The notes under the pieces are model-generated. The model did no database searches, had not been told where the DNA came from, and was given only the letters and a program-made list of their open reading frames with translations. From Tubiluchus corallicola (Eukaryota; Animalia; Priapulida): a stretch of DNA of 64,000 bases. The position numbers and the translations under genes are program-made. The stretch is from positions 62,001 to 126,000 of the forward strand of contig JAQGDQ010000038.1 of assembly GCA_030141605.1 (NCBI GenBank). Direction: 5' to 3'. Shown in pieces: positions 1 through 14,872 of this stretch (the first letter of the stretch is position 1; each line of letters begins with the position of its first letter).

Positions 1-1142
1 GTGGAAATGCGCGCACAATCCAAAGCACAGAGTTAATAGAAATCTGCGCAGTTCGTAAATAGCATTTTTCTAAATTGCAATAGTAAAGGGTGGTTGGGTG
101 CACAATGACAAAATTGCAAAGGTGTTATCAACCATTATGCGTGTAATACCTTTAGCAAATATGCCGACTCTTTCAACTTTTTCTTTGCTTATTATAAATC
201 GGGGTAATTCGTCATTCAGACTGAACAAAGATTGCCGCCATTGAGCGCTTTCATTTAAGCCGAAATTCTAACACTTTCGTGTGCGACCTTTAACTTTTTC
301 CGCCTTTGATATTTTCTGCTCCGCACCTGCCTTGAAAGTTTACAAAGAACAGGTAAAAAGAGTTAATCACCGAGAAGAAAGCGAAGTTGTAATGAAAAAT
401 ACGACTGTTAATCATTCGCAATTAATGAAGTAATTTCAGAAATTTTCAGAATTTTTGGGACGCAATCATGCAAGTCTTTGATGATGTCATTCACAGAAAA
501 CTGCAGCATGCACGTACACACTATTGTTGCAAAAATGCAAACTTTATGAGTTCTCAAAGGATTTAAGTCAAAGGAAGATAGTGCGAGCGAGATAACAAAG
601 CCAGGCTTTTGCGATAGCACATAACATTTTATTCATACTATTGGGCAAGTCGGTCCTTGGCCGGTATCCAGGCTCCACCACTCAAAAACGGGGCCTACTT
701 AACATACACAGTTATTTCAGAATAGGACCCACTAGTTCATTATTAATGAACAACAACGAACGACCCTTTTCCAGTATAGTGTGTACTGTGGCTGACATTT
801 CATGCATATTAAGAAGGCTACCGCTAATCCAATAGTTTCCTAAGTAGGCCTATACGGTATACCTGCTGCCATAATTGACATTTCGCTAGTTGTAGCACAA
901 CTAGAAGCAGTGCGCAGGTTATTTAAATGGGCACCCCTTTCGTCTTTGAAAGGTGGAGAACATGCCCCTCGTCAATCCCCGTTTTTTATTTTACTTATTT
1001 TTATTTACCACCGCTCGTTTAATAGACAACATTAGCACTAAATGCCATATAAATGCCATATAAGCACTTACACTTACAACAATACAGGTAAAGACGCAAC
1101 ACACAAAACAACGAATAACCTCTAAGGTATATGTCTTGGCGT

Positions 1143-1200
1143 TGGCAGCCACTAGACTCGAACTTAAGACTCCGAAATCTAGACAACTTGGCCACCCATC
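1143..1200 (-). mobile_element. Degenerate tRNA-derived (SINE-like) head
   Basis: Minus strand reads GGTGGCCAAGTTGTCTAG (A-box-like)...AGTTCGAGTCT (B-box-like)...GCTGCCA. Confidence 0.4.
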
Positions 1201-2683
1201 CCAGGACAAAGTCCATGTCAGTCACCTCTCTATATTTTTTAAAAATGGGCCCCATCCGTCTCTCAAAGAAATGTTATAAAATCATCTGAAATCAACTAGT
1301 TCACTTCCTAGATTCTAGTTAACAAATACCCTGTTCGCTGTTCCAGTATTAACAAACACGCGAACCACATGCACTTGATTATTTAAACTTACATTAATGT
1401 GACAATAAAAAAGAATAAGAAATCTATAAAGCTGCGTTCGCGGGGTTAACTATCACGAACCGCCTATAAAACGTTATCCCGAGCAGGTAGAGACTACGCT
1501 TTACTAGCAGGGCATGACCATAAACTCCTTTTACTGCAGAGTTACGGCTTGAGCTAAAAGTGTTCCAATTACCGTGTATGAGTAGACACGCGCACTTGTT
1601 ATACGAACAATAATCAGCATAAAATGTGCGTTACAGAGACAACGGTTAAACAAGTCATATACAGAGCTACCATATCCATGTGACAAGATAAACATTTTAC
1701 AGAAAAAAAAATCAATGCTTTTACATATCAAAAACCCAATGTATTTTTTTATAACTGCTCATTAAATAAGGACATTTGACAATCCCATTTGACCTTATAA
1801 TTAACACCAAGCAGCATGTTTATCGCGCAATGCATCTAAAGCAGGTCCTGTAACTTCTATTTCTTATTGATTTCTTCTCAGAACCCATTTTATTAGATTA
1901 TGCATCCTCAAATTCAAAGTCTCAAAGTCAAATTAAAAGTCAAGGTTTAAGCACAGAAAGTAAACAGAAGTTGAATGAGGGCAGTTTGAATGTGGTCAAT
2001 CAAATAAAAAATCTAGTGAGTCCAACAACTGGCATCATTAAAGCACACACTCTGTTATGTACAAACCTGGGCATAACACTGTAATGTAAGAAATAGATAT
2101 ATAAAAATGTCACTGTCAAACCATTTCTGGAGATATGGGCAGCACTTGCGGTGAATACTGTTCCTTATAGTCACAGATATATGCCTGATATTGACTTTCA
2201 ACGTTTTTCCAGTCTCTAGAGTCACAAAATTTTTTATGCATCAAGTTAGCATAAAGCTAATTTCTTTAGAGTAATTAATCTGTGGGTTGCCTTCATTATC
2301 ACAACTGGCACAATAACAACAGAATATTTTTTAGTGTCAAAGATTTTAGTTTCTGTAAATTACCAATACCAGAAATGAGTAACTGGAAAATTTATTGCTT
2401 GTCCCTATCATTGCCTTAGTAGCTGCCTCAAAAGAAATCTTCGTGCCCTATGTACTGCATCCAGTTATTTAAGTTACTACTATGAAGATAATATTAGCCA
2501 TGCATAAAACAAAATTAAAATTTGAGCAATATCTACATTGTGACACTGACACTGAATTATTATATTTTTCCATTTTCTTAGCCTGAAGTTTAAGTTGCTG
2601 TGGGCTGAATTTTCCAATTTATTAATAAAGTATACTGTTATAGTTGTTGTTCTAGATCAAGTTAGACATTATCAGCTGTACCT

Positions 2684-3267
2684 GAGAAAACAGATGTACA
2701 GCTAGGACGAAAAACAGCCTTTTATATTAGTGTAATCATTGTTAATTTAAATTACCTTGGTTGGATTGCTTTATTAATTTGCAAAATATTTTTTTCGTTT
2801 TTTTTATCAATTTCAGTTGTGTCTCTGAAATAAAAGCTTAAAAGGTGCAAATATGCCTTTACTCAGAATTATCGAAATTCCAAATTTACGTCATTTAAGA
2901 AAACGAGTATCGCCCAGTTGATGATTGTTCTAGGCTTCACTCATGATAATCACTTTGTAAATGATCCAAATTTGAATTCCTGCTTAACACTAAAGAAAAC
3001 CAATGCTGAACATCTGCTACTCGCTTTGTCTTAAATGAGGTAAATTGGAATTTCACTAAATATGAAAGAAAGGCACATTTACATCTTAACAGCTTAAATT
3101 TCAAAGACCCAAATAAAATTGATGAAAAATTCAAAAACATTTTGCAAATCAAGAAAACAAAAATACCTCTATAAACTAGGGTATCTCTATAACTATCTAC
3201 AAGTCAGTTTATAGAGCAATTAATAGGAAAGGCTGTTTTTCATTCTAGCTCTGCAGCATTTTTTTTC
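2684..3267. mobile_element. Foldback MITE with long imperfect inverted arms
   Basis: Nested inverted matches: AGCTAGGACGAAAAACAGCCTTT / AAAGGCTGTTTTTCATTCTAGCT; TTGCAAAATATTTT / AAAACATTTTGCAA; CCAAATTTACGTCATTTAAGA / TCTTAAATGAGGTAAATTGG. Confidence 0.75.
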
Positions 3268-4176
3268 AACCACAACACACAACATCATGACTGCTGAATT
3301 AGTGTAAATCATTTCTAGTAAAAGCAAAATGCAAACGACTATGCTTTATAAGGCACTACATAGTTACGACTTTATCAAAATGAGATTCACACGTTTTTTC
3401 TATTAAAACAGATGCATTCACTGCAAAAATGATACAAGATACGATTACATTCCTTAGACAATGAAATTTTCTGTTAACATGTAGAAGTAACGTAATAAAC
3501 CAGAAAGTTCCAAATTAAGAAGAACTAAATAAATAAAAATAAATTAAAATAAAAAACTGAACACATTATTTAAGCAGAAAACTAAATGTAATAATAATTG
3601 GGAGATTTTAATATACATTTGGTTTTTAAACATTACTAATTAAAAGTTGTAGTTCTAATATAGATCATGGAAACATGCCAGCAAAAATAGTAGCTGTATT
3701 ACTACAAAAAAGTGAAAATATGTAATTTTGTGTTAAGTATTTACTGGAATTTACAATAGAATATCGAAATTTAAACGTTTATAAGTCACTGGTTCAGTTA
3801 TGTTTGTACCTACAAGTAACCTGAAAGTTATTTTTCAAATAAGCAAGTTTTGGGCAAGTAGAACATCTGAATATTACTGAAACCTTTGCAAAACACCTGA
3901 ATTCAATCACACATAAAATACTTCCAAATCCTAAACTCACTCAACATGCATAAAATAACTTTCCGAGAAACTGCTATGTACTTATAATGCACACTAACAC
4001 AAGACTTTGACAATTCAGCTCACAAAGGAAACACAGCACTTTTGCTTTGAAAGAGAAAATGAAAGAAAAAGCCTTTATCTGAAACGAAAAGTTTGTTCCA
4101 ATAGAACGGTTTCCAGCCAGTGTTGTCATTTTCATAAGCTTAGGACCCCCTGAGATGACTTAATCAGTACCTTTAC

Positions 4177-4212
4177 CATTCGCACAGACAAAAACGGCCC
4201 GGAAAGCTCCAT
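4177..4212 (-). other. Candidate second exon of the left-hand gene (starts with ATG: MELSGPFLSVRM)
   Basis: Strong acceptor TTTTCTTTTTTGCAG|ATG, with donors ATG|GTAAAG (4177) or AAG|GTACTG (4171). Coding status is unknown. Confidence 0.4.
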
Positions 4213-4465
4213 CTGCAAAAAAGAAAATTCATTTATTTCCCAATCCTGATATAATTCTGCCACATTACCCACGTGAATTCTATTGACTATGCAAAAAGGA
4301 ATCGGTTCCGACAAATGAAAATTCGCGAAAGTCAATCTTGAATTTCACATAAGCTTAAGAAAATAATTCCGGTAGTTAATCCTCTAAAAAGCAACTGAAT
4401 TCATGCAAAGCCACACACAAAGAACAAGTAAAAAGGAATTGTAAGAATAATTGTGCATACGTTAC

Positions 4466-4580
4466 CCGTGCTGCTCGCTAGCCACACGTCAAGATGGCGA
4501 TATTTTCTAAATATGACGTTTTCTGAAGCTGAGCTGAAACATCACCCAATCAGCTTTGGGTGCGCGTGCGGATGGCAGAA
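4466..4580 (-). promoter_or_regulatory. Candidate promoter and first exon of a minus-strand gene running off the left edge
   Basis: YY1-type CGCCATCTT at 4499-4491, CCAAT at 4546-4550, CpG-rich sequence and a donor CGG|GTAACG. Confidence 0.5.
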
Positions 4581-5239
4581 TCGCTTATTAATACATAAAA
4601 GACAGCCTACTCGTATCCCGCTCGCCTTCAAGGTACCTAAAGTAGTCTTAAACACCACCTATCCATTGTAATTTAACAATTAGGGTACAGAAAAAAATCC
4701 TTCCCTACAGCAATATGAGCGTTAAATTTCCCTGATTATCCAAACCTCATTATTTGACCAAAACTACCCTAAATAACCATTATGTTCATAACTGTAAAAT
4801 CAACGCGTGGCTAAAATGCTTAAAATTTTCCCTTTGTGAATAGATTCCTACTCCCAAACATTACCAAGCAATATAGCGTGTGATTTGCAAGACCACTAAG
4901 AGAATTTCTCACATTGAACAAAAGAAAGGTATTATGGCCAGAAACTCCATTATTGAACTGACAAGCTCAACCTGATGGTCGCACAAGTTTAGCGTCTGAA
5001 TTAAAACTCAACGTTTGTTAACAATTCCCTGCCCAGCAGGCTTTATGTTCTGTTTATCAAACGTCCTGATTGATAAGATATGCAAGGACTGCCCTGAGGA
5101 AAAGACTAGGAATCAGAAACTAAAATCAGTTGACCACATCTCAACATCTTTTTGTATGAAGTTAAAATAAGCAACAAAATGTGCTTACAAGAGGAAGTAA
5201 TGAAGTGTGGATTCAAGTAAGCAAAAATTGATCCACACA

Positions 5240-6321
5240 AAAAATATCATGATACTGATTTATTTAATAAACATAAAATACATATAATATACATAAAAAT
5301 GTGCAATATCACAGGCCAAAATAATTACAAACTACAATAAAAGTGCTGATTTTACTTAATTCTGCTGAAGCAGCACATATAATAACAGAAAAATTTCCTG
5401 ATTTCTACAAACTTGTGCTTCTATTTGTTTACTAAAATCAACTTTTTATAAGCTCACTGCTTATCACAAAAAATGGTGACATTAAACGTGAATACAGGAT
5501 CACTTTAATTACAATTCAAAAATACTACAGTAAAAAATTTAAAATTGATTAAAATAACCTTTGCTGCATATGAAAATTATTTTATGATATGTCAGCAGTA
5601 AAACAGGTATGGAGAAAAGCATTTAGTAATATAAATACTTCTTGCTGATAATATCACTAACCATTTATAAAAATAAATATTTAAAGTGCAAACAAAAGCA
5701 TACAAGTTTACACTTTTTAATGATATATGGGTTTAACTATGATTAATTAAATATATTAAATATTTAAACATATAAACATGAAAACTAACAACAAAAAGGT
5801 ATATTCTTAGAAAGAGCTTTATGGTCTTGTAAAATACCCAATTTTCTGCTTATTGAAGTGGCAACGTATTATTCATGATAATTATCATTTAATATCATTC
5901 AGTAGCAGCAATCTCACTGCTACACTTAAGATGAAATGAACTTAAGATGTTACACAAGAAAACCTGATAATGCAATAAACTACAAAATTTTCATGTAAAA
6001 ATCCACAATTCCACTTATGTGTAGTTAAGAGCTTCAAAGACAACAGACAACAAGTGACCATCTATCTCGTCTTCCATTGGGGACAGACATAACTACATCA
6101 ACAAGCAATCTTGTAACTGTCCTCAAAATGTTATAGAATAATGTTTTGCCTAGCAGGCATCCTTTGCTGATTGTAAGTGAATCAACTCTGTTTCCAGTGG
6201 CTTCCACTCTGACCATAACTGGCATAACTTAATCAGGCAAGTCCCTCTGTAAGCTGCTAACTAACCAGAGGTTACTGAACAGAGCTAAAGTGCTGGACCC
6301 GTGACACATGTCAAATTTGAT
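5240..6321 (-). other. Candidate terminal exon with poly(A) signal
   Basis: Acceptor CTAAATTTCTTTAGCAG|ATC, an AT-rich UTR-like body, AATAAA at 5264-5259 and a GU/U-rich downstream element. Confidence 0.45.
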
Positions 6322-7093
6322 CTGCTAAAGAAATTTAGTGTATTATTTAACTACATTGTGGTTTAGATTGGATCGTATTATCTGACAACAGGCAGTGTCC
6401 AACGTAACATTTTGTTATAAACATTTATGTAATGTAATAGATGTCCGTGCAACTTGAAGTATGAGCCCAGGTGGCCTAATTCCTTTGCCCAAATGACCAT
6501 TTCTTTAAGCGTGACACAGTCTTGACCTAAGGTAAATAAAAATTCTAAAATTAATTAAACATTGTCATTGTAATATTTCAGATTGCAGCCAAACATTCAT
6601 GTAACTATGCTGTACAAGATATTACAGATATAATCTAAGTCTAAGAGATCTAAGACTAGCATCCACAATATTCCTAGCACAGTACCAAAAATTCCAATAA
6701 GGTTTATCTAAACAATAGCTTACGAACAGCTGATAAAAAACTGGCCTGGTAGTGGGCAAAACATCATTAAATACTGCAAACAAATGCTGCATAGCTAACC
6801 ATTTACTGTGTAATACAACACCACATCACCTCCATATTATTAATGACAGAAGCCAAGCAATTCTTTTCTCGTCAGCGGCTAACCAATCCCTGGCATCAGA
6901 TATAGGGGTTGAAGGGAAACCAAGCGGGCATATCTGGAACAACCAATGAATATTGCATCAACCTGATTTCTCTTTCACACCAGCATTAGTTTAGTTCCTA
7001 AATGGAATGAAAGAAGACAAGCTATTATTGGATTGGTCTGGGACAAACTAGAGCGTAATAATAGGTCTACATGGGATGATGCACAAATCTCAC

Positions 7094-7137
7094 CTTCTAT
7101 ACATAATAAACAACTTTACTTGATTGCATACTGCTAC
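7094..7137 (-). other. 44-nt internal exon
   Basis: Long pyrimidine tract ...TTTTGCTTGTCTTGATGTTTTTTCAG|GTAGC...GAAG|GTGAGA. Confidence 0.55.
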
Positions 7138-10100
7138 CTGAAAAAACATCAAGACAAGCAAAATAAATAAAAAGTATAATTATTTAATGCTAAAAAATAA
7201 AAGCACAAAGCCACATGTTAATTATCATGATTTAATCTTCATTTTTTAATTCTGTAAAAATTATGTAGATGCAAATAGAAAGATGCATAACTGCTAACAC
7301 TAACTGCTATTTTTAGCCACGTTACAGCTAGATTCTGTAAAAACGTGATTTTAGCTAATAAGGAATGCTTTTCTAACAAAAAGTATAGTATAATAAAGAA
7401 CGAATATTAGCACCTGAAATTTAAAGTGCCCTTATTATTATGTATATAGGATAATTAAAAAGCAATTTTATCTACAAAAATTGCTAAGGATACTTTATCT
7501 CACAGCAAAGATGTGGGTTAGTGGCAGAATAATATCCAGGTATAGAATGCTAATGGTTCAGTGTAGCATAAAACGATACCTAGCTAATAATTTAGGTTTC
7601 GGTTGGATCACATTGTGCGTAATAGCATGAGCGTGCTCTCAGAACTGATATAATGCACATTAACCAACCAAGAGCACTAGGCTTATATGATCAAGCAAAA
7701 CGAATTAACACAACACTCACCTGACAGACTAACTTTGATGCCTTCCCAACACAAAAACTCTCGGTTGTATAGAAATGAAAAGACCGCTTGAAACAACCGC
7801 GTGAATAAACCAGCACGCACGCACATCAGGTAAAAGTTATTAAGATAAAGATGATAATAAAGCGATGAAATTAAAAGTGATTAAATTATTCCACGATTTC
7901 GAATGATTTTAACTTTATAATAACATATATGTAATTCAATGTTTTGCACGTCATCACTAGATCATGTTTATTGTTTGAAACCTTGAGTATAAACAAAATT
8001 TTAATAATATAGTAAAATTTTAGTAATATAAAGAAATCTATGTACAATATTTCCCTAAATTTTTTGTCAGTATGTAGCCTATCAGCCTATCTAGTAGGAT
8101 ATAACAAAACTACTTAAGTTTACTAGCTTAGAAAAGCTAGTAAACTGCAGAAATAAACTACTGGCAGATGAGTTGTAAAAACAGAATAAGGATACTAAAA
8201 ATCATAAAAAAGAGAAGAAATGAGTAAAAATTATCCAGAACTCACTGAAAACAAATTGTAAGTAAATAACGGATCAAAAACTGTACGTTGGACCAAAACT
8301 TAAACCTCAATTTATCTCCACACAACATCGTTATGTTGCAATAATATGGTAATGAACAAATTCGTACCATGAAAAATCAGAGAGTATTTTCACATTCATC
8401 TGCTGCAGGTTTCTATAGTTACCAAACGATATAGCAGACAGACATTCAACACATTTGCAGATTTTTTTTCTGAAAATAGCCAGTGCTTATACAGAGTCAC
8501 AGAAACTATGACCAAAGACAATTATAATCTTTAAACGGTCACTAATGGCTGCGAAGTGTTAGTTTACTTTACAAAATATTATAAAGTTTTTTAACCCTAA
8601 CATTACATTTAACTCAGAGTATTAAGTTCAAAATGGATTATTTTCTCAGTATTTACTCAGCATCGAACAATATATACGCAAGAATTTTATTCCGAGTCAC
8701 TTGGACACTTGTAAAATATTAAATATACAAAAAGAAGCACAAGGCGGATTTTCAAACCATTTTTATTTTTTAATATGCAGGTTTGGGTGAATGAAATGTT
8801 TTTATTCGTCAACAATGAGCCGTCGTAAGTGAACCAGCAAATATATAATATAACTGTGGCCCGCTTCCATGTGAGGCAAAGAGTGGACCTTTGAACTATG
8901 GAGTTACCCCTTCTTATTATTAAATTGAATTAAATTTGAGTTAATGTAAAAATAAACACGTATAAAAATACGTATTAAAAGACTGATACTACGCAAATAT
9001 ACAACCAGAGAAGCAACTCTTTGCATCAATAATTAATCCGACGAAAATGAGTATAGAGGGTCGTTGGTCATAAAATTTGCATGTCGTGCGCCAATTCATC
9101 ATAAATCTGTAACCAGTAAATCAGTGGACTGAGAAAAAACTAGCAAATTTTCAACCGTAATCCATACTTGCGCTAAATGACGTCATATTCACATCAAATT
9201 TAAATATTCGTCTACTCATGACATCATACAAATAATTGCGGAAAATTGCTGCTGAGTGCGTGGAAATGCGGATTCAAACATTTGTTATGTGATATTCATT
9301 AACACTATGCGTGCCCACATGCGCGAATTACGAATTTATACACAATGCAGCGTTGCAGCTGATCTTCCATTATCCTCTTTCATACATTACAGAAAAGTCA
9401 AACTAGTGGAAAATAGGATGATACGTGCGTGGAAAGCAGGTGAAATACGTGTTTAGTAATTATCTCTAGCTTAATCAGACAAGAATACAAATACTGACAT
9501 TATCCCCTGCACGTAAGTGCACGTATCAAATCTGAAATTACCTATTATTTATCTGTGCACCGTGTATATCTTATAGTAAAAGCTTAAACCAAATAAATGA
9601 AACACCGAACAACAATTTAGTACAAAAGAAACCTTGAATATTTAATAAGTACCTAATCAGGCGTAGCGGTAACACAGTGATCGGAGATTAATGCCTGCGT
9701 TGTTTACAGATAGAAAAAGATCAGCAAATTAATATGATTTTGCGCACTAGATTTACATAGCCAACCAGAAAAGTTAAACACTGCTCGACTTAATGAGAAA
9801 AGATGGATAGGTGTCTGCCAAGAAAATAGCTTAACTCTTTGCGTTTTCACTGATGCACCAACCCACCTTCAGCTATTAACCACGCTAAAGAGAATGATCA
9901 TACATCCAAATGTTGCTGACACAGCTTTGCCAGTTAATGCAGTATCTTATCTTAGACAACCATCAACAATAAACACAACTACTATATTATTTATCAAACT
10001 GGACATAGCCATAGGATAGAAATGTGAAACAGTTAGGCAGAGTAAAGTTTTACCAGACAACATTTGCTATAACCACTACACACTATACAGTTCCATATGA

Positions 10101-10374
10101 TCACGACAGGTCTGGACTTAATCATGCAGTAACCAATCAAACTTTTCAAGTGTTACGCTGCATGGAGTAGATTGGTTTCTAAGCTTTAAGAATGAGCTTA
10201 AGACCTGCCATTATCAAAAGGGCTGTGCATGTGGCAGTCTAGAGATTCCCGTTTCAAATCCAGGCTATTTTACCTTTCATTCCTTTCAGGCAAGCTTGGT
10301 TTTAAAAAGCAATAATTGTGAATTCATTCATTACATCATTAACAAACAGTCTTAGTTATAAGAGTAAGACTTAA

Positions 10375-10417
10375 TTGGTTGGTTGGTTGGTTGGTTGGTT
10401 GGTTAGTTAGTTAGTTA
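10375..10417. repeat. (TTGG)n(TTAG)n microsatellite
   Basis: Directly visible. Confidence 0.9.
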
Positions 10418-13400
10418 AGTAAGTTAGCGATAAGACAGATTATATATGATTAAGTAGGTTCCCCATTGGATGAAGGATGTAGAGTTACATGCAGCCTGTC
10501 GAACTGCATAAAAATTGACAGTGAAGAGGCGATTATATGAAGGTTATTGTCCGAAGTTTTTGAAGCTAGTTTGTATCTCTTAACTTGTCGGTATATCACT
10601 AATTCACATTGTAATATGCAGAGCATCTAAATGCAAACTGGGGATGATGTAGTGAAAATTTTTCATTAAACGCGGCGCAAGAACAAACCATTTGTAACCC
10701 GTGGCATTTTCTCACTTTCTCGCTTATATAGTAACCCCAGCAGAATCGACTTTAAACCGAATTAATCTTCCAAAGTAATTCAATTGACGTCAGCCATGCA
10801 GTCGCCTTACTAGAGTTACATAGAATCACCTCGCAAGCCCAAGTTGGATTCGTTTAGTGTTAATTTTATTGCAGAGTCGGACAAACGTACGTAAACGGTA
10901 GAAGAAATACAGGGAGCAACTTGGGTGGGTGCGTGCGCCTACAATGGCCCAGCCGGGACATGGTTCGCTCCTTATTAACCGAGCAAAGACCAAATTAAGG
11001 GTTTGTTAAGGAAGAGAGGTTAGAGGTGAGGGATTAAAGAAGAAACGATAGCTACTTTCTAACTGTGGAGGGTTTGTGTGCAGTTGGAATGCTGGATAGA
11101 GACTGTTTTTGACAAAGAATGAGCAATAATGACTGACTAAATGACCAATAAATAAGGCAGTGCAAATAAAAAGCGAATAGAGGTAATTAAAAACGCAATT
11201 TAATTAAGGGTTCTGTTATAATACGGTCATAATAAGCAGCTTGTATTCAGTGAAATTAAACCAGTATATAAGGTATTCTTTTGTAAAAAGATACCTACAG
11301 AATTATACGCTTACACACATTACTCCCATTTTATATATAATTAAAATTTTAGTTGTATCGTTTATCGTATGTATAATGTACATTATATCTAGATATACAG
11401 GTATTATACAGGATAGTACATATAACTCTCACAACTCTCCTCTCACAACACTTACAATCACCAAAGGTATGAATATTCAGCAAATACATTTTAGTTGAAT
11501 AAACGCCGTTTAATCCGCTTAATAATTAACAATTTAATACTTGGCGAGTAAGCTATAATTTACGACATTAACTCGGCAAGAGCTGGCCAACCCCTTTGAC
11601 AATTACTGCACTTTTTCCCACACAAACGCCTTAAGTAAGAAGCAGTTTAATTTCTTGCAAAAAAAATGAAATTTCCACAGCTGTTCGCAGGAGTTTTACC
11701 AATTTCATTATATGTATTCATAAAAGAGAAATTCACGGGCTTATTATGAGGCGATATTAGAAAGCATATGACAATGCTGGCACATATACGCATCCCAGCG
11801 AGAAAATTATAGGGGCACCTTGTGAAGACTTCCGCTCAAAAAATATCCTGCAACTCTTCGAGTGAGAGATTTGATTTTTGTTCAGAACAACATGCGAGTA
11901 CTGGAACGATATAACAGCGAGAAGTTTATTTATAATATCATTATGATGTATATATCATATATATATGCATATGTATAATATATAGGTCTGCAATTTACAT
12001 ATTATAATCAGGTGTATGTACAATGCACATCCAAGCGAAACTTGCGTACAAATGAACCTCTTTTTGATTTGTGTGTGTTTAATGCAAGTACACAGGTTTT
12101 AAAAATGGTGTAGGAACAGTATAGTCAGTTCAATAGATATATATATATACTTAGTTTAAACAAACCTATATACGCTGAGCCATACACTAAATAGTAAATA
12201 CTGTAACGTACATGTAGGTTACCAAATCGCAAAATAAATAGTTCTATATGGTTTATCATGATAGACAAAGATGGTATGGTATGATGCCCGTACTACCGCA
12301 TATGCAGGCGTGCATGTGTTAAAACACTCTGAACCTCACACTTCTTGAGACAGAACAAATGTTTAAATCATCTATAATAGCTTCCAACATTATCAAAAAT
12401 ATAAAATATACAATTAAGATATGCATATAAAATATAACGTAAAAGTAACGGCTTGCATATATTTTTACTGCAGTAATAATTTTATGTAACTAACTCACTG
12501 AATTATACAGAAAAGCTCGTTTATAGCAGACTTATACTCTATAGAGAAATCAACACTTATATTAAGCCTGTACACGGTCAAGCATTACACATTCGACATC
12601 ATTTAATAAATCCCTCATTCACTCATAACTAACAGCAGCTGGTGTGCGAAAATTGTGTAATTTTCCCGAATTTTTCTCGAGTGCCGTAACCATTTATGAC
12701 AAAAATTACTTCTTTGGGCGAAAAATATTGGATTAGCACAAGTGGGATTACGCAGCACTCGAGTTATTGGGTTACGAAATAGGGAGAAAAGAGACTGGTA
12801 CTTTGGCTTAATGGTACTGCCTGACCCATTGAGGGAGGAACGCCTCAGAGTTGATCCCGAATGAAATCTGTACGAATACCACAAAAAGTCATAACAGTTT
12901 TCTGAATTAAATTATCGCTCCTTGACAGAAATTGAATTTCATTTTCGCGTCAAAGTTGCTTTATGAGTAAAATTATTTCACAGAGGATACAGAATAAAGG
13001 AATTCCAATGACAGCATGGAGACCGGAAATGAAACTGGTGAGCAAGTTTTGGGTCATTTGTAACTCATATTGACGTTGATCCTTTGGTGTTTTTTAGCTA
13101 TAAATTGTATTTTATAGGGCACGACATTCCGATGACTGTGACAGGCTGACCAGACAACGCATATACAGGAGCAGGCAAAAAGGTTACCTGCTAAACATAT
13201 GTATGTATAAGTATACATATGACTTCTATATACAGGAAAGGCATATATGTTGTAATTTAAGAAATGTACGCAGAAGCAGAGCACTGTGCACAGAAATACA
13301 GTATATGCTTTAGTTGAATATGCTTAGCATAATTGAAAAGAAATGCTTTTCCAATTATGCAAGGCTGTCGCGGCATCAATATTGTAATACCGAGGTTTTT

Positions 13401-14872
13401 TAACAGAAATGTAGAACCATATTCCCATCTCTTTCTAAAAGAAGCTAAACCTATTCAAACTGATGAACAAAATCATTTATCTCTAGCCAACAATATAAAA
13501 AACAGCCTGCGGGACAGCCGGCTCAGCATCTAGGGCAACTGGCAGGCATCTCTCGCACATGTGCAAAAAACGCTCCAACCGTGTAATTACAGGACATGGG
13601 TACAAAACACGCGCTGGAGCTGTTAGATAATAAATTACAACACGGGACCCTAGTTACAGCGCCCACGCTTTGGCGTTCTTTATGCGTTCTACCTTTTAGG
13701 TCCAAACAACGCAACATCTCACCGCTGTTACTCGCTATAAAAATCGTCAGTGATTATAAGCTCATAAAAAAATCAATGTCCAACAACAGCTCGCTCCGCG
13801 CAACACGTACCGAAATAAGACGCTATTTGTGATTAGGTAAGCCTGCTGATGACGTCATCGCATGGCTGCCTCCATAAGAATGGTTGGAGTACCCTTATAA
13901 ACCCATGCAGAAGACCACAAGAAACAAAATCATTTAAGAATAAAAAATAAAGCTTTGGCACGTTTTTATTTGAATAATTTTCTTAAAAACGCAAAGGTTT
14001 TCTCTTAATTAGGTAGCCAATGCATTTAAATTCCGATCTTACAGCACTTAATTTGCTTACTTTATATCACGTTAAACTGTTATAAACGGTCAGCCGCATC
14101 AACAAAGCTCCGATGTCTGACAAGTACATATGCGCAACTATGCATAATACTTCAGATCAGATACTATAGAAGATACTCTTGAATAAAGCTTTATCGTTTG
14201 CTCACGCTTTGAATGATAGCTGTGACACCCTCACACAATAGGCAGAGTTTCGACAGATATTTGCCCAAGTAAAATATGCAGCTCCTTAACTATATACGTA
14301 CTAATAGTAGAAGCATTGGTGAATACGAAAGTTTCGCTGCCTATGTTATCATTTATATTACAGACGGAAACATGAGGCTGCGAGAGGCTATTTTGTTTTC
14401 CACACCTTCCTACTCATTTTATTTTAGTTTTCAGTTAGAGACAAATTTAAGCTGAAAAAGGACAACCTGTGCAAAATCAGTACGAGGTGACTAAGTGAAA
14501 TAGAATTTGGCAGTAATAAAGGCCTAATTTTCATTGCAACACGCCAGCCTCTTATAAATAACATATTAAAATGTTCATCTGGCAAAGTCAGAAATTCCAT
14601 TTCCTTTAATACAAATACTATAGCAATACATAAGCAAAAGTAATTGTTTTACCTTAAAGAAATAATCAACGGCGAATGAAGATAATTTGATATACAAAAG
14701 AATTTATAATTCTGCTGAAATTTTAAACTGTTCAGGAATCATTTTGATTCTTGGCCATTACGATATTGGGCATAGGTAGTTTTTTCCATTTTGATAAATT
14801 TTGAATCTGTTTGATATGGTTTCGCTTACAAATTTTCTTATTAAAGAGGGATGAAGGAATTAGGCTGCTTAC

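Noticed and set aside
2676-2700. TTTTCTCAG|GTACAG as a second recursive splice site
   Set aside because: The donor is weak and coincides with the edge of the foldback MITE.
6900-6925. miR-133-like sequence on the minus strand (TTGGTTTCCCTTCAACC)
   Set aside because: The seed is altered and there is no complementary arm.
10225-11110. Possible SINE, LINE or other interspersed-repeat remnants (also about 20700-20920)
   Set aside because: Only vague motif resemblance; family and boundaries cannot be set without a repeat library.
13180-13210. TTTAGCAG|GTAACC as a recursive splice site
   Set aside because: Poor pyrimidine tract and sub-consensus donor; expected by chance.
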